Shown one piece after another: positions 61,894 to 64,000 of a stretch of DNA of 64,000 bases. The notes beneath the pieces were generated by a model. The model worked only from the letters and a program-made list of their open reading frames with translations. It was not told where the DNA came from and searched no databases. The stretch's first letter is position 1, and each line of letters begins with the position of its first letter. The stretch is from Rhizodiscina lignyota (lineage: Eukaryota), in the NCBI GenBank assembly GCA_010015805.1, contig ML978126.1:930001-994000 (forward strand). Direction: 5' to 3'. The translations under genes were made by a program, and so were the position numbers.

Positions 61894-64000
61894 TCCCTTT
61901 CCTCTTCACTCGGCCTATCTTGCTTACCTCGATGCACTTACAATCAACTAGCTCTAGACAACGCGAAATGGCAGGAGATTGCGGAGAAGCTTGCAGAGAA
62001 GCTTGCGCAGGGCGAGATATCTCAGATGTCTTAGGGCAAGGGGTTGTGAGTTTCGGGATGCTGAGAGAGATCAAACGAGTCGATAAGGGAATAGGGGAAG
62101 TTGATACCGACGGTGGCGGATTTGCTGAAAGTCCTCATAAGGGACAAAAATGCTATCAAATAAATAGCAAATACCAAAGTCTCCGATCATGCCCTCTTGA
62201 AACTGTTGAATTTTGTGACTCTCTAATTGTTTCGCCACTATACGGTGTTTCGAGTATAATGGAAGAAGCTGATAGGTACTGAGAAGGATACACCCTGGCT
62301 GAAGGGATAAATATCTATTCCATGCCATACTATGTCATTCTGCTTTAGAACCATTCACGAGTCTTCTTCACTACATACCCGGTGAATCTCGATAGTAGCT
62401 GTGAGTCGAACAATGGCGTGTGCTCCCGCGAGCTGTCATGGATGATAGGGAAGAGGAGCTAGTGTACACGCGAGAATGAGTGATTGTCGAATTTAGGAAA
62501 CAGCTGACGTGCGATCCAGAGGAGGTTAACACGCGCTGGAGCAACAGCCCTTAACTGCCTGTGGATAAGCGAGCCATCGCCATCCAGAACCTTCTCCCAA
62601 ATCCTACCATCAAATGGATTACTCCCATACCACAAGACCTTCGGATGATGATGACTGTGATACTCCAATGCCCATGCCTGAAGTTGTTGCATAGTCAACT
62701 CGGGCTTGTCGTAGAGCAGATCGTCCAAGCGGTTACATTGAGCAGTAAAGAAGCGGGTGAGACGGTTGAAGCTGTCCGTCGATATCGAAGTTCTGGCGCT
62801 AGCCACTGCTAATGGCGCCTGATTAACTCAGCTAGCGAACAGGGTCGCTTTAGCCGCGCCTCAATCAGTAGATCTCTTCGTATAGTACTGGCGCCCACGG
62901 CTGTCATCCATGGTGTGACGTCGAGTAAGGAACTGAATTCAGTGTCAATTAAAAGTGTCTCGGGCTCCTCGGCTCAGAGATAGCGGAGAAATCTAAGACA
63001 TATCTATAGGTGGCTTGATGATTCGAAGGCATCCCGGTTTGGAATCAGATCCTCCGGGTCGATAGTCACTTTAAACCAGCTCGGCTTTAACGTAGCCACA
63101 ACTTGTTCAATAGCGAATAACAATGAAGTGAAATCTACCCTCATACAAAGGTCTTTCCGGATTTGAAACTGAGTTACGTAGGGGTAACAATGTGAGCAAT
63201 GAGTAAGCAGCATGAGCTGTGGCTGAGCAGGTCTGAGTTCGCCGTGAGCGAACTTGAGCCAGCGTGATTGTGCCTGATTTTGTTCCGAGAACCTCATGCA
63301 CGATGATTGTTCCTGATTCCATCCCTGAGCATCGTGAAGAGGGCCCGAAATTGGCACCGTTAAGTCGAAAATTCGCTGGTAGTGAATCTTCCCGCCCGGC
63401 GATTTTCCTCGCTCAGCGGTTTCCCCAACTCGTGATTTTTCGCGTTCAGCGAATCTTCTCACTTTACGATCTTTCGCACTTGGCGGTTCTTCTCACTCAT
63501 TGATTATTCCCATTCAACGATCCTTCTCACCCATCGATTTTTCTCATTCCAGCCTGACTCATGGTTTTTTCCAAAGGTTATTATGTAGAAGTCATAAGCC
63601 CGGCTTCCTCTTCAGGAGCAGATCCTCAGCCTCTTCGATTTCATCCTCTTAGGCATTCCACAAAGCCATAGGTGGCAACCCGTAGTGGTCGTAAGCCCAT
63701 CTTTTCCAAACCTGCGTACGCCATCAAATGGACTGAAGCCGTCAAGCAGGACACAGATCTTATAACATTTTATTAAGTCATTCTCTTGGGGCTCGCATCC
63801 CGCGCCCGTAAGTCATATGCCATTTCTACAATCACCCCACGGCCAACTCGAGTGGGAATGCGACGCGTTCAATGAGATATCCCAGAGCCGACACGTAGGA
63901 AGAGAGCGCTGTTGTCGTCGAGTGAGATTCTGGGGTTTTAAACGGAGACACGGCGAGTGTTCGGAAGAGAGCTGGAAGTTGACGTAGCCGCTGTTTCAGA

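Overview
Eukaryotic, intron-containing DNA from a filamentous ascomycete (Pezizomycotina; the CreA N-terminus resembles the Eurotiomycete type, but the taxon cannot be fixed from this window). I reconstructed about 22 intact protein-coding genes by hand from GT..AG introns. The left half is an accessory, nutrition-related block: an unknown protein with a SesA/HeLo-like N-terminus, a CoA-binding protein, an MFS transporter, two F-box-like proteins, a cytochrome P450, GH11 xylanase, OLE1 desaturase, GH28 exo-polygalacturonase, CE8 pectin methylesterase, CHIP, a uapA/uapC purine permease and a carboxylesterase pseudogene. In the centre is the carbon catabolite repressor creA, isolated by about 5 kb of gene-poor DNA on each side. 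The right half is a compact housekeeping block largely built of divergent pairs: rad55/MOSC, thymidylate synthase/HAUS3-like, msp1/tim21 and mrpl4/not2, plus gdi1 and a DUF6604-like gene. No rRNA, tRNA, CRISPR array or intact transposon was recognised. The most notable observations are an apparent alternative first coding exon nested in intron 3 of not2, a repeated CreA-type 10-mer (ACCCCAGATT) on both sides of creA with a hairpin just before its AUG, a multi-motif unknown protein at the window start, and several decayed ORF relics. All assignments rest on motif recognition, not database searches.
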